Positions 13,431-26,276 of a stretch of DNA of 64,000 nt are shown here, piece after piece. The notes beneath the pieces are model-generated. The model was not told the origin of the DNA. It was given only the letters and a program-made list of their open reading frames with translations, and searched no databases. The translations under genes and the position numbers were made by a program. Source of the DNA: Heptranchias perlo (lineage: Eukaryota). The number at the start of each line of letters is the position of its first letter. Within the stretch, counting starts at the first letter, position 1. The stretch is from contig NC_090326.1 in NCBI RefSeq assembly GCF_035084215.1, forward strand, positions 120,776,001 through 120,840,000, in the 5' to 3' direction.

Positions 13431-14974
13431 GCTGCACAAGAAATAACAGAAATAATTGGGCCTTTTTCTTTGGCCGATTTAGGCCTCTGACTCCCCTCAT
13501 GGAGGAGCAGGGTTCTGTTTCAAGTTTCTCTGCTTTTGTGATGCGGGTGCACTTGTACCACTACAGGCATGGATACCTGTCCCTGTTATTTAGTTTACCC
13601 CTTTCCTGTGATTTGGCAGGTCAAAGCGACAGGCGGTAGTTTCGCCCTACCACACTTTCATGGACACTACAGCGTCGTGGGATTTATACCGCTCCATCTT
13701 TAAGCAAATATTGGTCACTTTACATTGAGGCAATGTTCATTAAATGTCAGGATCACTGGAAATCTCAGAGATGGAAAGTCCAATCTTCTTCAACATTATT
13801 CCATTGGATGTGCATCACTACAGTTTACTTTCCAGATGAGCACTGCCTGTCATTAAAATGGTCAATTCTCAATTGCCTTTTTAAATTAACTACTGTAGTC
13901 TTTTTTTGCCAGCAATAACATCAGTTGGATAATACTTAGCCTTGGGGGTTGACCATTAATGGAGATAGACTTGTAGAATACAAAGCTTAAACACACACAA
14001 GATATAATGTCCCAATGCTTTAATAATGGTTTAACTATCAGTAGAGTAAATTGAAAAACACATCCGACCCCCAAGAACAGTAGGTATCCACAGTATTGTA
14101 GTGGTATAAGGGCAAAAGGAACTGTAGGGTAAGTACTTTATACTGAATGCATTCTCTCTAGACTTTCCTTCCTCTACACATATTTTAGGGTATCTTTCGT
14201 GCTATGGATGAAGCTGTTTTGTTTGAGCTGCAATTCCTTACTCTTATTTTTTGGATATTATTATCTCTTAATTTATTTAAAATAAATTAGTGAACTGACT
14301 TTCTAATCTTCAAAACACTACAAAGAATTTACTGCTGTTTATAATTGAAAAATACAGTTTTTATGACTGAGTTAGTTATGGAGGAAGTTCTGTTGTTTTG
14401 GGGGCAATATATCCTTCTCTTCCCATTAATTTTAGCAAAGAAGTAGACGCGAGTAAAAAGTGGTATAATGGGGGGAGAAAGCGCTAACGGGCTCTTTAGC
14501 CACGTTTAGTTCTAATCTGAGGATTCGTACCCCTCCAAAAATGGATTAATGAAAAGTGAGAAAAAAAATGATTTTTTTTTTTGCAGGTTAACATCCTGAT
14601 AAGGTCATTAATGTGGATCTCAGGTGGGTTTCTCCCAGCTGTGGAGTCAAATTGAAAGTGAGTACTTTACTGAAAGTTAGATGCGGTATTGGCTTAAGTA
14701 TCGCCACAGCAGTGAAGGAAGTGAATAATAGTGCTAATTTACTTTGACCGCTTTGCTGATCATTTAATTTCATCCAGGCTCTGTCAGCCACTGAAATAAT
14801 GATTAGACTGTTTATTATTGGTATCCGTTCTCCACAATAGAAGAGAAATAAAGAAAATAGCTTTCTAGATACAAAGGAATTTTTTTTATAGTAATCAGCT
14901 CAAGAACAAACATTTTTAATACTCGTTCACCCCATGTAAATAGAATATGATTAGTGTTGTGAACATAGCCCTTA

Positions 14975-15104
14975 ATTTCTGCTGAGTTGTTCCACCTTTG
15001 GTAGAAGATCGGTGGAAGCCCTTGAGAAACAGCATAAATGGCCATTTTTAGCCATTTACGCAATTTCTCCACCGATCTCCCGCTGGACAACACCCGTGGA
15101 AATT
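14975..15104. repeat. Imperfect foldback (MITE-like relic)
   Basis: aatttc...gttgttcca...agatcggtgga paired with tccaccgatct...tggacaac...gaaatt. Confidence 0.5.
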
Positions 15105-16452
15105 CTTAATGTTTTATTGAGATTAAAAATTTTAATTATTTTTTCTCCACTGAATAGCTGGAAAAGAAATGGAGATGCAGCATCCATTAGACAAAAGATA
15201 ACTAAATATATATTTTTAAAACTACAGGTACTGAGAAAGTGGAAATGTCACAGGAACATGGAATGCCAGAAGCACCTTGATTGTGAAATAGAATGGAACT
15301 GACTGAATAAAATTTACAAAGCTATTGAGAATACTTGAGTCCAAATTTTATACATTTTTTCATATTCTATTTTTAATATTCATATTTTTTTTACAAAGGT
15401 AAAATCAGAATATTCTTGCCTTTTTCACATTCTCATTGTGCTAGCTCCTCACTGAAACATGAAAAAAATTGGAGAAAATAAATCTTAATTTACAATTTTA
15501 GGTTATAAGTAGCAAAAATATTAATTTTATTCAATTTGAATTGATATTGTGTAGCGTTTCCATATTACTGTAAAGTGGAGCCAAAACTAAATATTTTTTA
15601 AAACATGTTTTATTCAACTAAGTTATTAGCAAGATTTGTTCATTATTGCGAAATAATAAATACATTTAAATCAAAGGTTTTAATAGGATCTCTTATCTGA
15701 TAATTCAGTTTAACATATTTTTATTTTCGCTTATTTAAACAAAAACAAAACCATGTTAACATTTCATATTAATTACATTAAACCATCTGATTTTCCTTCA
15801 GATCTAAGAGTAATTATGGCCCTCTTCAAGAAAGCAGTGGCTATATGATGAGGAACTAATGATAAATCCTATCACAATTGTCAGAGGGCATTGTCCCAGA
15901 TGATGATGTAGAAATTTCAGTACTAGGGAGAGGAAGGACTGCAGAGTGAAGTTCGGACAAGTGTGGAGCTGAGGTACAGACCTGGTCAGGACTAACAATA
16001 TAAAATTGGCCATGTATTTTAAAATGTCTCCCTTGCTATATCAGGGATTTGTCTGGCACTTAAATATCATAATATAACGGTGCTTACTGTACTGAAAGTC
16101 AGGACTACTGCTACGGACTTGAGCATATGAAGGGTTTGGTGAGGAAACTTGGATTTTCTTCATTTTCATTGATGAATTTATCACAAAAATTATGCACTTT
16201 ACAGCTGGATTCGTGAATTTTGGGTCATTTCTGCAGGTTAAGTGACTTGTTAGCCTCTTGAATACTTTAATAAATCATTGTAGCAGATGGATCATAATGG
16301 GCTCCTATTTTCATTATTGTGAACAAAATCACATTTCAAAAGCATGCTTTCCTGTGATTTAGTTAGCAGGTTGTAAATTACAATGAAAAAAATTAGTGGC
16401 ACCCCCTGTTTTTTTTCCAAACAGAGGAAAATGTGACAATGTGAAAGCTGTT

Positions 16453-16579
16453 AACTTTTGGCGGTGGTAGAAAACGGGCTATAACGCATCGGCCATTTGA
16501 ACTGATTCCATTCAATCGCACGGGGTGTATCGTGGGCTGCCGATCCCCATCAGCCCGTTTTCCACCACCGCCAAAAGTT
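16453..16579. mobile_element. Small MITE-like element with ~28-bp inverted termini
   Basis: aacttttggcggtggtagaaaacgggct paired with agcccgttttccaccaccgccaaaagtt. Confidence 0.65.
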
Positions 16580-17277
16580 AAACTCTATCCCTGGATGTTT
16601 TTCACTCATTCAGTTTACGTAAACTTCGTTAAGAGATGGACACAGCCTGCCTCCCAATTCACATCCAGTATTGGAAAGCCAATTCATTCCTCCTTAGGAG
16701 GCTTCTTTGTAATGGATCCATAACTCTGTATTCACTGTTCAGCTCTCTGCTGGATCTGGGTTCTGAAATGGCGGGTCTCCACAACCTTAAATTCAAACTA
16801 TGTCGTATCAGGTAGGAGTCTTTGTAATTTTTTTTAATGATCTAGGTAGAGAAGGTGATCATGCGCTACTTACTTTCTACTCTTAAAATAAGAACAATAA
16901 AATGCTTTGTGAAAAGTATAAAGCATTATACTTTCAAGTTCTCTACACTCTTTGATATTTCTCATGATTTGTGATTCACATGACTATAGAAAGGAAGAAA
17001 GAATGCATTTCTGTAGCGCCTTTCACGATCTCAGGACATCCCAAAGCGCCTCACAGCCAAAGAAGTACTTTTGAAGTGTAGTCACTCATGTAACGTATGG
17101 ACAGCTATGCCATGTAATCTCATAGAAGACAATTTTTGTTTCTTTACAATGCCCGAAATGGGATGGTAGCAGCTGTGTAATGGTGTTTGAGTTGATCCTG
17201 CCAGTTTGCTCCAGTTCCAGAAGTCACCCAATTTTCTAGGAGGGTATTCCTGGCAATTAGAACTCTCATTTGAAACA

Positions 17278-17506
17278 TTTGTAAACAATTTTACAACACC
17301 AAGTTATAGTCCAGCAATTTTATTTTAAATTCACAAGCTTTCGGAGGCTTCCTCCTTCGTCAGGTGAACGATGTGAAAATGACGTTCACCTGACGAAGGA
17401 GGAAGCCTCCGAAAGCTTGTGAATTTAAAATAAAATTGCTGGACTATAACTTGGTGTTGTAAAATTGTTTACAATTGTCAACCCCAGTCCATCACCGGCA
17501 TCTCCA
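17278..17506. mobile_element. Palindromic mini Penelope-like insertion (family B)
   Basis: Perfect 92-bp inverted arms (17279-17370, 17383-17474), a unique 3' tail, and 11-bp direct repeat catttgaaaca at 17267-17277 and 17507-17517. Confidence 0.85.
17385..17423 (+). ncRNA. Minimal type I hammerhead ribozyme motif (family B); mirror copy on the minus strand at 17330-17368
   Basis: TTCAC-CTGACGA-A-GGAGG-AAG-CCTCC-GAAA-GC-TT-GTGAA: helix I TTCAC/GTGAA, conserved core, helix II GGAGG/CCTCC, palindromic helix III region (AAGCTT). Confidence 0.8.
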
Positions 17507-17899
17507 CATTTGAAACAGGCAGGAGCTTCATGAATGCATGCAAATCAGACATACATGACCTAATTAAGATGCTGATTTCCTGACCTTACCACCTGATTAA
17601 CGCCACGTGCTGCCCATGCCCACAAACGATGGGTGGTAGAAGATGTCAGGCAGCCATTTAAAGGCTGCTGTCAGGTACAACTGTGTGGAGCTTTTGGATA
17701 CATTGCACCAGCTTGTGGGTAACTTGTCCTTAAAGTTAGTAAAAAGTCTTTTTATTTGCTGTTTAGGCTCTGGACTGTAGAGGCTTTTGACTTTGCAATT
17801 ATATCTTTATGGGAGTACTTCTAGGAATCTGGCTCTGGGAGGAGGAGGAGGAGGAAGAAAGACAAAACAGCTGAAGGAAGAAAACAAATAGAAGAATGG

Positions 17900-18250
17900 T
17901 TACTCAGATTAACCCTTACCCCATCTCCCCCCAAACAAAGTTTATCGGACCAGGAGAACATGCCGCTAGTTCTCTGAGGAACAGTATATAGGAGGCTTAA
18001 TTTCTCCAGGAAAGCACTGACAGGAAGACCTGCAACCAACTGCCAGAACTAGCATGTTGCAGTCAAGGTCACTGCAATCCTTAACCTCTTTGCCTCCAGC
18101 CCCTTCCAGATATCAGCAACATCAGCCAATCTGCAGTCCATTGTTTGTATTAAACAGGTGACTGATGCTTAGTTTGCTAGAGCAAACAGATTCAGTACTT
18201 TCCCTATAAACATCAGAAGCAGCAGGATAGAACTCTAGAGTTCACAGATT
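17900..18250 (+). pseudogene. Degenerate Harbinger transposase N-terminal relic
   Basis: VAVKVTAILNLFASSPFQ...ISQSAVH...IKQVTDA, homologous to 32355-32520. Confidence 0.7.
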
Positions 18251-18253
18251 GTT

Positions 18254-18640
18254 GGAATAAAAACAGAAAATGCTGGAAATACTCAGCAAGTCTGGCAGCA
18301 TCTGTGGACATTTTTTTTTAACATTTCAGGTCGATGACCTTTCGTCAGGACTGGAAGAACTTAAAGATTTAACAGTTTTTAAACAAGTACAGAGCCAGGG
18401 GAAGGTGTGGGGGGGGGGGGGGGGGGGGGAAGGGGAGATGAGGAAAGAAAAAAAAGGGAAGGTCTCTGATAGGGTGGAGGGCAGGAATGATTAAATGACA
18501 AAAAGGATGACGGTACAAAGCAAGGAGGGTGGTAATGGGACAGGTTAAGAAACAAAAGATAGGTCTGAGGAGCTGTAAATGGCAACATCAGAACCATTAC
18601 CAGCACCTGCTGTCCGAAAAAATGGGAGCAGTGGTTATGA
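18254..18640 (-). mobile_element. PLE family A terminal-repeat fragment
   Basis: Homologous to 36893-37255; degenerate hammerhead CTGACGA-AAGGTCATCGACCT-GAAA on the minus strand near 18320-18352. Confidence 0.85.
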
Positions 18641-18644
18641 TGTT

Positions 18645-19562
18645 CCATAACCAGCTAATGTTGTTCCTGTATTTAAAATGGGAGAAAGATCAAGTCCAAG
18701 GAACTATAGACCAGTTAGCTTAACATTGCTGATGGGAAAGCACAATTTCTCGGCCAGCACAGACATGATGGGCCGAATGGCCTCCTTCTGCACTGTAAAT
18801 GTCTATGATTCTATGAAAGATAATGGAATCTTTACTCAAAGATGTAATAGAAAAACATCTAGAGAACAAAAATATGATAAAGAATAGTCAGCACAGATTT
18901 CAGAAGGGAAAGTCATGCTTGTCCAACCTTATTGAACTCTTTGAAGAAGTAGCAGAAAGAGTAGACAAGAATAATGCAGTAGATGTAATATATTTGGATT
19001 TTCAAAGGCCTTCAATAAGGTACCGCATTATAGACTCATGACTAAGGTCAGAGTATGTGGAATTAGGGGACGGTAGCAGAATGGATGGCAAGTTGGCTAC
19101 AAAGCAGAGAGTAGAGGTTAAGGGTAGCTACTCAGACTGGCAAAAGGCAGGAAGTGGTGTTCCACAGTGATCGGTGCTGAGACTACTGTTGTTCACAATT
19201 TACATTCATGATTTGGATTTGGGAAGCGGAAGTACAATTTCAAAATTTGTGGACGACACCAAATTGGGGCAATACAAAAGGAAGAATGTATCAAAATGCA
19301 AGAGGACATTAATAAACTTGCAGAATGGGTGTGTAATTAACAAATGAGTTTCAATATAGATAAGTGTAAGGTGCTGCATTTTGGTAGGAAGAATAAGGAG
19401 GCCACATACTGCTTGGATAATAAGATTCTAAACGGTATAAAGGAACAAAGGGATCGATCCCTCTACAAATGAACCCTAGTGCTTGATTTGCCTTTTTTAT
19501 GCCCTTATTAACCTGTGTCGCTACTTTTAGTGATTTGTGTATCTGTACCCCTAGATCTCTTA
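18645..19562 (+). mobile_element. CR1 RT fragment with a nested CR1-type 3' tail (~18741-18813) and an inverted terminal segment (19455-19562)
   Basis: NYRPVSLT, KSCLSNLIE, VDVIYLDFQ, KFVDDTKLG; the minus segment encodes RDLGVQIHKSLK. Confidence 0.8.
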
Positions 19563-19769
19563 GCTTCTCTATGTTCTCTTGCATTTTGTCGCATCAAAAC
19601 TACAGCATAGAAACAGGCTGTGTGTTAGTGTAAGAGTAAAGCAAAAAGGGAACAGGTAGGGAAGATGCCGGCAAACCCTGCTGTGGTGCCAGGTCTTCAC
19701 CGCCATCTCCGATTCTGACTGCTGTGCTTCTTCCCCTTAAGTCAATGGTGGCTTCTTCCATAAGGATGA

Positions 19770-20460
19770 TTGTCTATAGAGTGGCAGGACCTCCTCCTGT
19801 GCTAGTTGTATCCATCTTGCAAGCTTCTCCTGCAAGAAGAGTGGAAGTGGCTAAATATGTGCCCCTGGCAAAGGCTTTCAACTCTCTCCATGTACACTCC
19901 AGCTTACCGTAGTGTGCATGAATGCAAGAAGAAGCATCAAGTGTAGTCAAGAGGAATAAGTAGGGCAGTAGCAGCTTTGGAAAGTGAACAAAAGCAGAAA
20001 GGAGGTGCAGTGAATTCTTCCCTGCTAACTTATGGACAACCATGGAAAGAAGGAAAGGGAAGGATTGATTGTGCAGAGGTGAAGTTAGTTCCTGTCGGAT
20101 ATTATGCAGTAAGAATGAGAGATGTGAAGGGGATTCTAACCTTGGCACTCCTGGTGAAATCGTTAAATTTCTTTCTGCACTGCAGCCATGTTCTTGAGTG
20201 ACCACTGCTCTTTTTCACATTCAGTGTCTTCTCTCGACATGTCCATTCACCAGCTTGCCTTAGCATCTGCTGACCAAATGAGGGAAAGAGGATCTCCCTG
20301 CTCTCATGAACTTGTTCCATCAGCACCTTCACAGTCGAATCGGAAAACCCTGGGGCTCTGCTGGAACTTTTCATGCCCCAGGACATCTTCGTGCCATTCC
20401 ACAATTGCAAACAATTCCTGTTTGGCCACACAAAAATGCACTTCACCTTTAAGCTGCGGC
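19770..20460 (-). pseudogene. Degenerate Harbinger Myb/SANT-like gene relic
   Basis: RAPGFSDSTVKVL...REILFP...RTWLQCRKKFNDFTRSAK|gt and downstream TGGGPA, as in the element at 31526-35750. Confidence 0.7.
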
Positions 20461-20515
20461 AGACCCTTAAGAATGTTTTTCAATCCGATTTCAATGGATG
20501 AAAAATTGTGAGTAA

Positions 20516-22018
20516 CACATAGGAACATAGGAACAGGAGTAGGCCATTCAGCCCCTCGTGCCTGCTCCGCCATTTGATAAGATCATGGCTGATCTGTGAT
20601 CTAACCCCATATACCTATCTTTGGCCCATATCCCTTAATACCTTTGGTTGCCAAAAAGCTATCTATCTCACATTTAAACTTAGCAATTGAGCTAGTATCA
20701 ATTGCCGTTTGCGGAAGAGAGTTCCAAACTTCTACCCCCTTTGTGTGTAGAAATGTTTTCTAATCTCGCTCCTGAAAGGTCTGGCTCTAATTTTTAGACT
20801 GTGCCCCCTACTCCTAAAATCCCCAACCAGCGGAAATAGTTTCTCTCTATCCACCCTATCTGTTCCCCTTAATATCTTATAAACTTCGATCAGATCACCC
20901 CTTAACCTTCGAAACTCTAGAGAATACAACCCCAATTTATGTAATCTCTCCTCATAACTTAACCCTTGAAGTCCGGGTATCATTCTAGTAAACCTACGCT
21001 GCACTCCCTCCAAGGCCAATATGTCCTTCCGAAGGTGCGGTGCCCAGAACTGCTCACAGTACTCCAGGTGCGGTCTAACCAGGGTTTTGTATAGCTGCAG
21101 CGTAACTTCTGCCCCCTTGTACTCCAGTCCTCTAGATATAAAGGCCAGCATTCCATTTGCCTTCTTGATTATTTTCTGCACCTGTTCATGAACTTCAATG
21201 ATCTATGTACCTGTACCCGTAGGTCCCTTTGGACATCCACTGTTTTTAACTTTTTATCATTTAGAAAGTACCCTGTTCTATCCTTTTTTGATCCAAAGTG
21301 GATGACCTCACATTTGTCTACATTGAATTCCATTTGCCACAGTTTTGCCCATTCACCTAATCTATCAATATCGCTTTGTAATTTTATGTTTTCATCTACA
21401 CTGCTTACAATGCCACCAATCTTTGTGTCATCGGCAAACTTAGATATGAGACTTTCTATGCCATCATCTAAGTCGTTAATAAATATTGTGAATAATTGAG
21501 GCCCCAAGACAGATCCCTGCGGGACTCCACTAGTCACACCCTGCCAATGTGAGTACCTACCCATTATCCCTACTCTCTGTCGCCTTTCGCTCAGCCAACT
21601 TCCTAACCAAGTCCGTAATTTTCCCTCGATTCCATGGGCTTCTATCTTAGCTAACAGTCTCTTATGTGGGACCTTATCAAATGCCTTCTGGAAGTCCATA
21701 TAAATAACATCCATTGACATTCCCCTGTCCACTACTTTAGTCACCTCTTCAAAAAATTCAATCAGGTTTGTCAGGCACGACCTACCTTTCACAAATCCAT
21801 GCTGTCTCTCTCTGATTAACTGAAAATTCTCGAGGTGTTCAGTCACCCTATCCTTAATTATAGACTCCAGCAATTTCCCCACAACAGATGTTAGGCTAAA
21901 CTGGTCTATAATTCCCTGGTTTCCCTCTCTCTCCTTTCTTAAAAAGCGGAGTGACATGTGAAATTTTCCAATCCAGAGGGACGGTTCCTGAATCTAGAGA
22001 ACTTTGAAAGATTATAGT
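20516..22018 (-). mobile_element. Young 5'-truncated CR1 LINE (RT domain to 3' end)
   Basis: ORFs 21169-21957 and 20732-21181 give a nearly continuous RT (DFQKAFDKVPH, GVPQGSVLGP, FADDTK, LEYCEQFWAP); tail ends in ttcctatg repeats. Confidence 0.95.
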
Positions 22019-24372
22019 CTATGATTTTCCAACATTCGCTGATGGTGTTGAGAGTCTCTCCCTCCTCACCTGCCCCAACTCTATATTTTTTTCAAATTAT
22101 TTAAGAAAATAAGAAAGATTGCAGGAAACACCCTTCTGGCCCATTAGGCCATTCAATCCACAGACCATGACTGCTCCAAAATGGATTCTACCCTTTCACC
22201 TGTAAAATGGTTCAACAAAGTTTCTTCCTGTCCCCAAAAGGTAAATCAAGCAAAACTCTCGAATAATTATATCCAAATCTGCATCCTATTTTTTTGATCA
22301 ATTGTCTTCCATGGCATGGTCGCAGCAGCCTGGTAACCATCGTGTTCTGCACAGAATTCAATCATCCATATCTGTAATCTTTATAACCCTCAATCCCATT
22401 GCCAGCCAGGCATTCATCCAGCTTTTTTTTAAAGCTGTTAATCAACACAGCATTAACCATTTTAACTGGTAGTCTATTCCATTTTCACTACTTTGTTGGA
22501 AAAAAATTCAATCTTAAATCTTGCTAGAGGCTTTTTAATTTTGAACTAGTGACCATTACTTATGATTTAGATCTCCTTCCTGAATTACAGGGTTAAGAGC
22601 AGTGGTTCTCATTATGCAGCCTGGGGCCGACTTGCAGTCCACCAGTCCTGGGATGTTGCTGGAGCCAGGATATAAAGTAGAGAGAGAGACAGAGAGAAAG
22701 GCAGACAGACAGATTGGGATGATGCACTTGACAAAAAATTAGTGAGTAATCCTGATTTAGAGTGCTTTTAACATTTTTTTAAAAACAAAATCTTTATCTA
22801 TTTTATAGACCTGTCAATAAGTATATTTCTAGTTATTGAAAAGGATAATATGAATTTGTAGATCAGAATTCCACTGATCACACAGACCAACACAAAAACT
22901 AACCAGTCTGCATAGTTACAAAATACCATGTTGCTTAGTAATGAGAATTATTTATTTTTACTTTTAGATGCAGGTTTTGTACTACCATACTATATTTTTG
23001 GCCCCCAATTAGTTTGTCTATTATGTTTTATTTTATTATAGCTACAACAAATATATCGGGGCCAAACTTTCACTTTTCACAGCATATGACTGAAAAATGG
23101 AAACAAAGCTGGGTGAACCTGATTTGTGTCATGGGTAAGATGTCAATTTTCCTGTTGCCGCTGAGAAAGTGTACTAATATAACACAAATGTAATGAAAGT
23201 AATGTGTTTTTTAAATGCAGAAAACCACAGTAATTGAGTGATTTGTGCAGGATGGCATGGAATCTGCACAAGTGCTCTTTGAACTGCATAGCACAGCACA
23301 CAAAATAATCACTTCCCCAGCCCAGATAGGTACCTGACCCTCCTCCCACCCCCACCTGAAGAGTCCAGCTGCTAGTTCCTTGACAGGGGCAGTAGCAGAC
23401 AAAATGACTCAAAGTCAGGTTTGTGCTTGTCTTGGGTACAAATGCTTCTATGTAAATCACTCCTGAACTCAAATGCACAGGGTATATTGGTTCCTACTGA
23501 GTGTTTGATCAGTCTTCCCACTGTGTTTTTAAGAAAACACAAAGCTTCCTGTTTTATTTTATGAATGTATAGATCCTCCGTGAATGCACACATGTTCTTT
23601 TTCCCACTCTCAAGTCACTAACTGCTGCAGTAGAATCAATTAGCTAGGTAATATGGTCCTTGACAGCCACCAGTTATATTCTTTGCTGGACAGCAGAAGG
23701 TGTGTGACAGCAGCCTTGTGGGAACATCCTCAGTTGATTTTTCCTCTCTGGCAGAGAGGAAACACTTGGCAGGAAGATTTCCTCTATGACCATTTGTATA
23801 ACATTATTGTAAATTGAAAATAAAGAATGTTTTATGATTTCATAACACCGAGGAAATCTTCTCCCTTGATCTCTGCTTTGTGTCTCTGTCTGCAACAATG
23901 AAGCTGAGATCAGGAACTCTGCAAGTCCAGAGGCAGAAATAATCGTTCTTTCTACCATGCTTCTGTTGTCAACAAACTCAACAGCTGACTATCGAACAGG
24001 CTGGATCAAAATGGAAAAGTGAAGAAATAAAATCATAAGAAAGCATGGAATGAGAAAAAGTTTATTCAGCCCATCAGGCCTGTGTGGTATATGGAACCAA
24101 AGCTCAGAATAATTTTCGACCCATATATCCTACAATGTTATTCCTTCACAAGTTGCTTTCTTTGGCATAATATTTTCATAATTCCAAAATAAAAGAATGT
24201 AACAAAATAACTTCAGACTGAAGATTTAAGAAAAATGAGTAAGATAAAGATCTGAAGGAATATCACAAAACAACAGGTGAGAATAGTTGGCAGAGCAAAT
24301 AATTTTGACATATGAAAAAAACAGTGTAAATCACAGAGCAGAGCATTTACACCTGTGCAAGGGCAGAATATT

Positions 24373-25132
24373 GGGCCAAAAATTGCTCCGATCGGCATGG
24401 CAATGTCCGCAGCAGCTCCTACAAATAAAATGAACAAATTTAACTTACCCTGTATCCATGGCGTGGAATTGCTTGACTTGAGAGGCTGGAAATAAATTGA
24501 GAAATCAGGCCAGCGTTGAACGGCGTGAGCTGCTGCGCAAAGCAAATGGCTGTGAAAATGGAAGCCCCATCCACAAGCAGGCAAGTAATAGTCATTCATT
24601 TAAAGTGACGTTCCCTATGTTAGTCTAAATAAAAATTTAACATTAAAACATACATTATTATTAAAAGGCAAGGAAATGATTTATAATGTACTGAAACATA
24701 CAGAAATTAAAAGTAAAAATTTTAAAATAATTTAAAAACATTTTTTAATGATCAAAAAATATTAACATAAGGATAATTTGACATTCCACACTTTTTAAAT
24801 TTAATTTTTTGTTGTTTTGCAGTCATTATAAGTCACCGCGCTGTCAAAAAGTAGTGTAGGGCTGGTATTTTCAAGCGTACCTTCTCGTGCCGTAAGTATC
24901 TTCGTTCGAGCTGGGCAGGTAAGTTAACAGTTGTTTGGTGATTGTATTGATTGTAGCATAGGTGGCCCTTTAATTTGTAACTGTCAAAATGCCTATGAAC
25001 CAATTGGAGCAAGTTCGTGATTTCAGGGTTTTAATGTGCAGTCCGCATTCACGAACATGCTCCAATGGATTTGACAGCGGCTAGACAGGAAGCCATTGAG
25101 GAACAGCGCACGAGCTGAGTAAGTTCTGCCCC
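24373..25132 (+). mobile_element. Non-autonomous DNA transposon (MITE family)
   Basis: gggc-type termini; internal homology to 230-543 and 54204-56657; left boundary could be 24361. Confidence 0.55.
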
Positions 25133-25603
25133 AATATATAAATATAATGTTTGTTTTGGTTCAAAAAATTATATGACGTGCCTTATATAAAATAGGATTA
25201 AATATTTGGGAAATAAGGAATGGGTTGTCATTTTGGAATTTGCAAACAATTAGTGGATTATGACCTAGCTGTTTGGTAAGTAAGCCTCCATGTATTAGCA
25301 GAGTAATGTTGACATATATGATGGAATTATATTTTGCTAGTCTTAAATGACGGTTTTGGCTTCCTTATAATGCATTGTCACCCTTCTTTGGATTCCTACA
25401 CACTATCTTGAAGTCAGACCAGCCAGTTAAACCACAGAGGTTTTCCTCATTCTACATATTCCTGTTGACAGCCTGCTTCCAAGCTGCTGCTGGTGTGGTT
25501 TTTGAGTTGATATTTGGGAGGTGTATGAGAAATGCTCAGCAAAAAAAAATCAGAATTTTCCCATCCTCCAATTTTCTGTGATAATGTTCTTGTACAGGAT
25601 ATG

Positions 25604-26080
25604 TACAACATCAACTTACTTATATAGCACTGTTGATGTAGTAAACATCCATAGTACTCCATAGAGATAAAAAAAATAACTGAATACAGAGCAGTGGTGT
25701 GAGAAGAATATGGGTTGAGACCATGGAATAATTAAAGAGGTAGGTTTTCACGAATCCTTTGTCAGAGAGGTAACGAGGTGCAGGGATTTAAGTGGAATGT
25801 CCCCAAGCGAGGGGTTGAAATGGCTGACTGCTTTGCAGCCAAAAGTGGAGTGATGCGAGGGGGATGCATAGGAGCTGAGAATCAGAAAAGCTGAAGGCAA
25901 ATATAGGCTGAAGGAGGTTTCAGAAGTAGGGAGGGCCAAGACTATGGAGGGATTTGTTGTTGAGAATGAGGATTTTGGAACATAGGAACAGGAGTAGGCC
26001 ATTCAGTCCCTCAAGCTTGTCCTTCCATTTAATCAGATCGTGGCCGATCTGTAGCTCAACTCCATTTACCCGCCTTTGAA
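25604..26080 (-). mobile_element. Degenerate L2 3' region plus CR1 3' tail (25977-26080)
   Basis: L2-type terminus at ~25604-25650; ggaacataggaacaggagtaggccattcag is the same CR1 tail as at 20520. Confidence 0.6.
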
Positions 26081-26276
26081 ATCAGTGCATTTAGGATAGT
26101 TTAAAGGAAAGGGAAGAGATTTGAAAGGTCTGTTTCCAGCATTCAGCTTGATAGGTTTGGGTCACATTGTATATATCTAAATAAAATGAAGTCAGTTTGC
26201 TCATGTTTATTGCGTAGTACATTAAAGGCAGACTGCTGTATTAAGTTAAGGACTAAATTGTTGAAATTCAAACCAG

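Noticed and set aside
18409-18429. Poly-G / G-quadruplex-like tracts (also 27937-27955, 46381-46433, 48026-48047)
   Set aside because: Homopolymer or G-rich expansions, mostly within repeats; no evidence of function.
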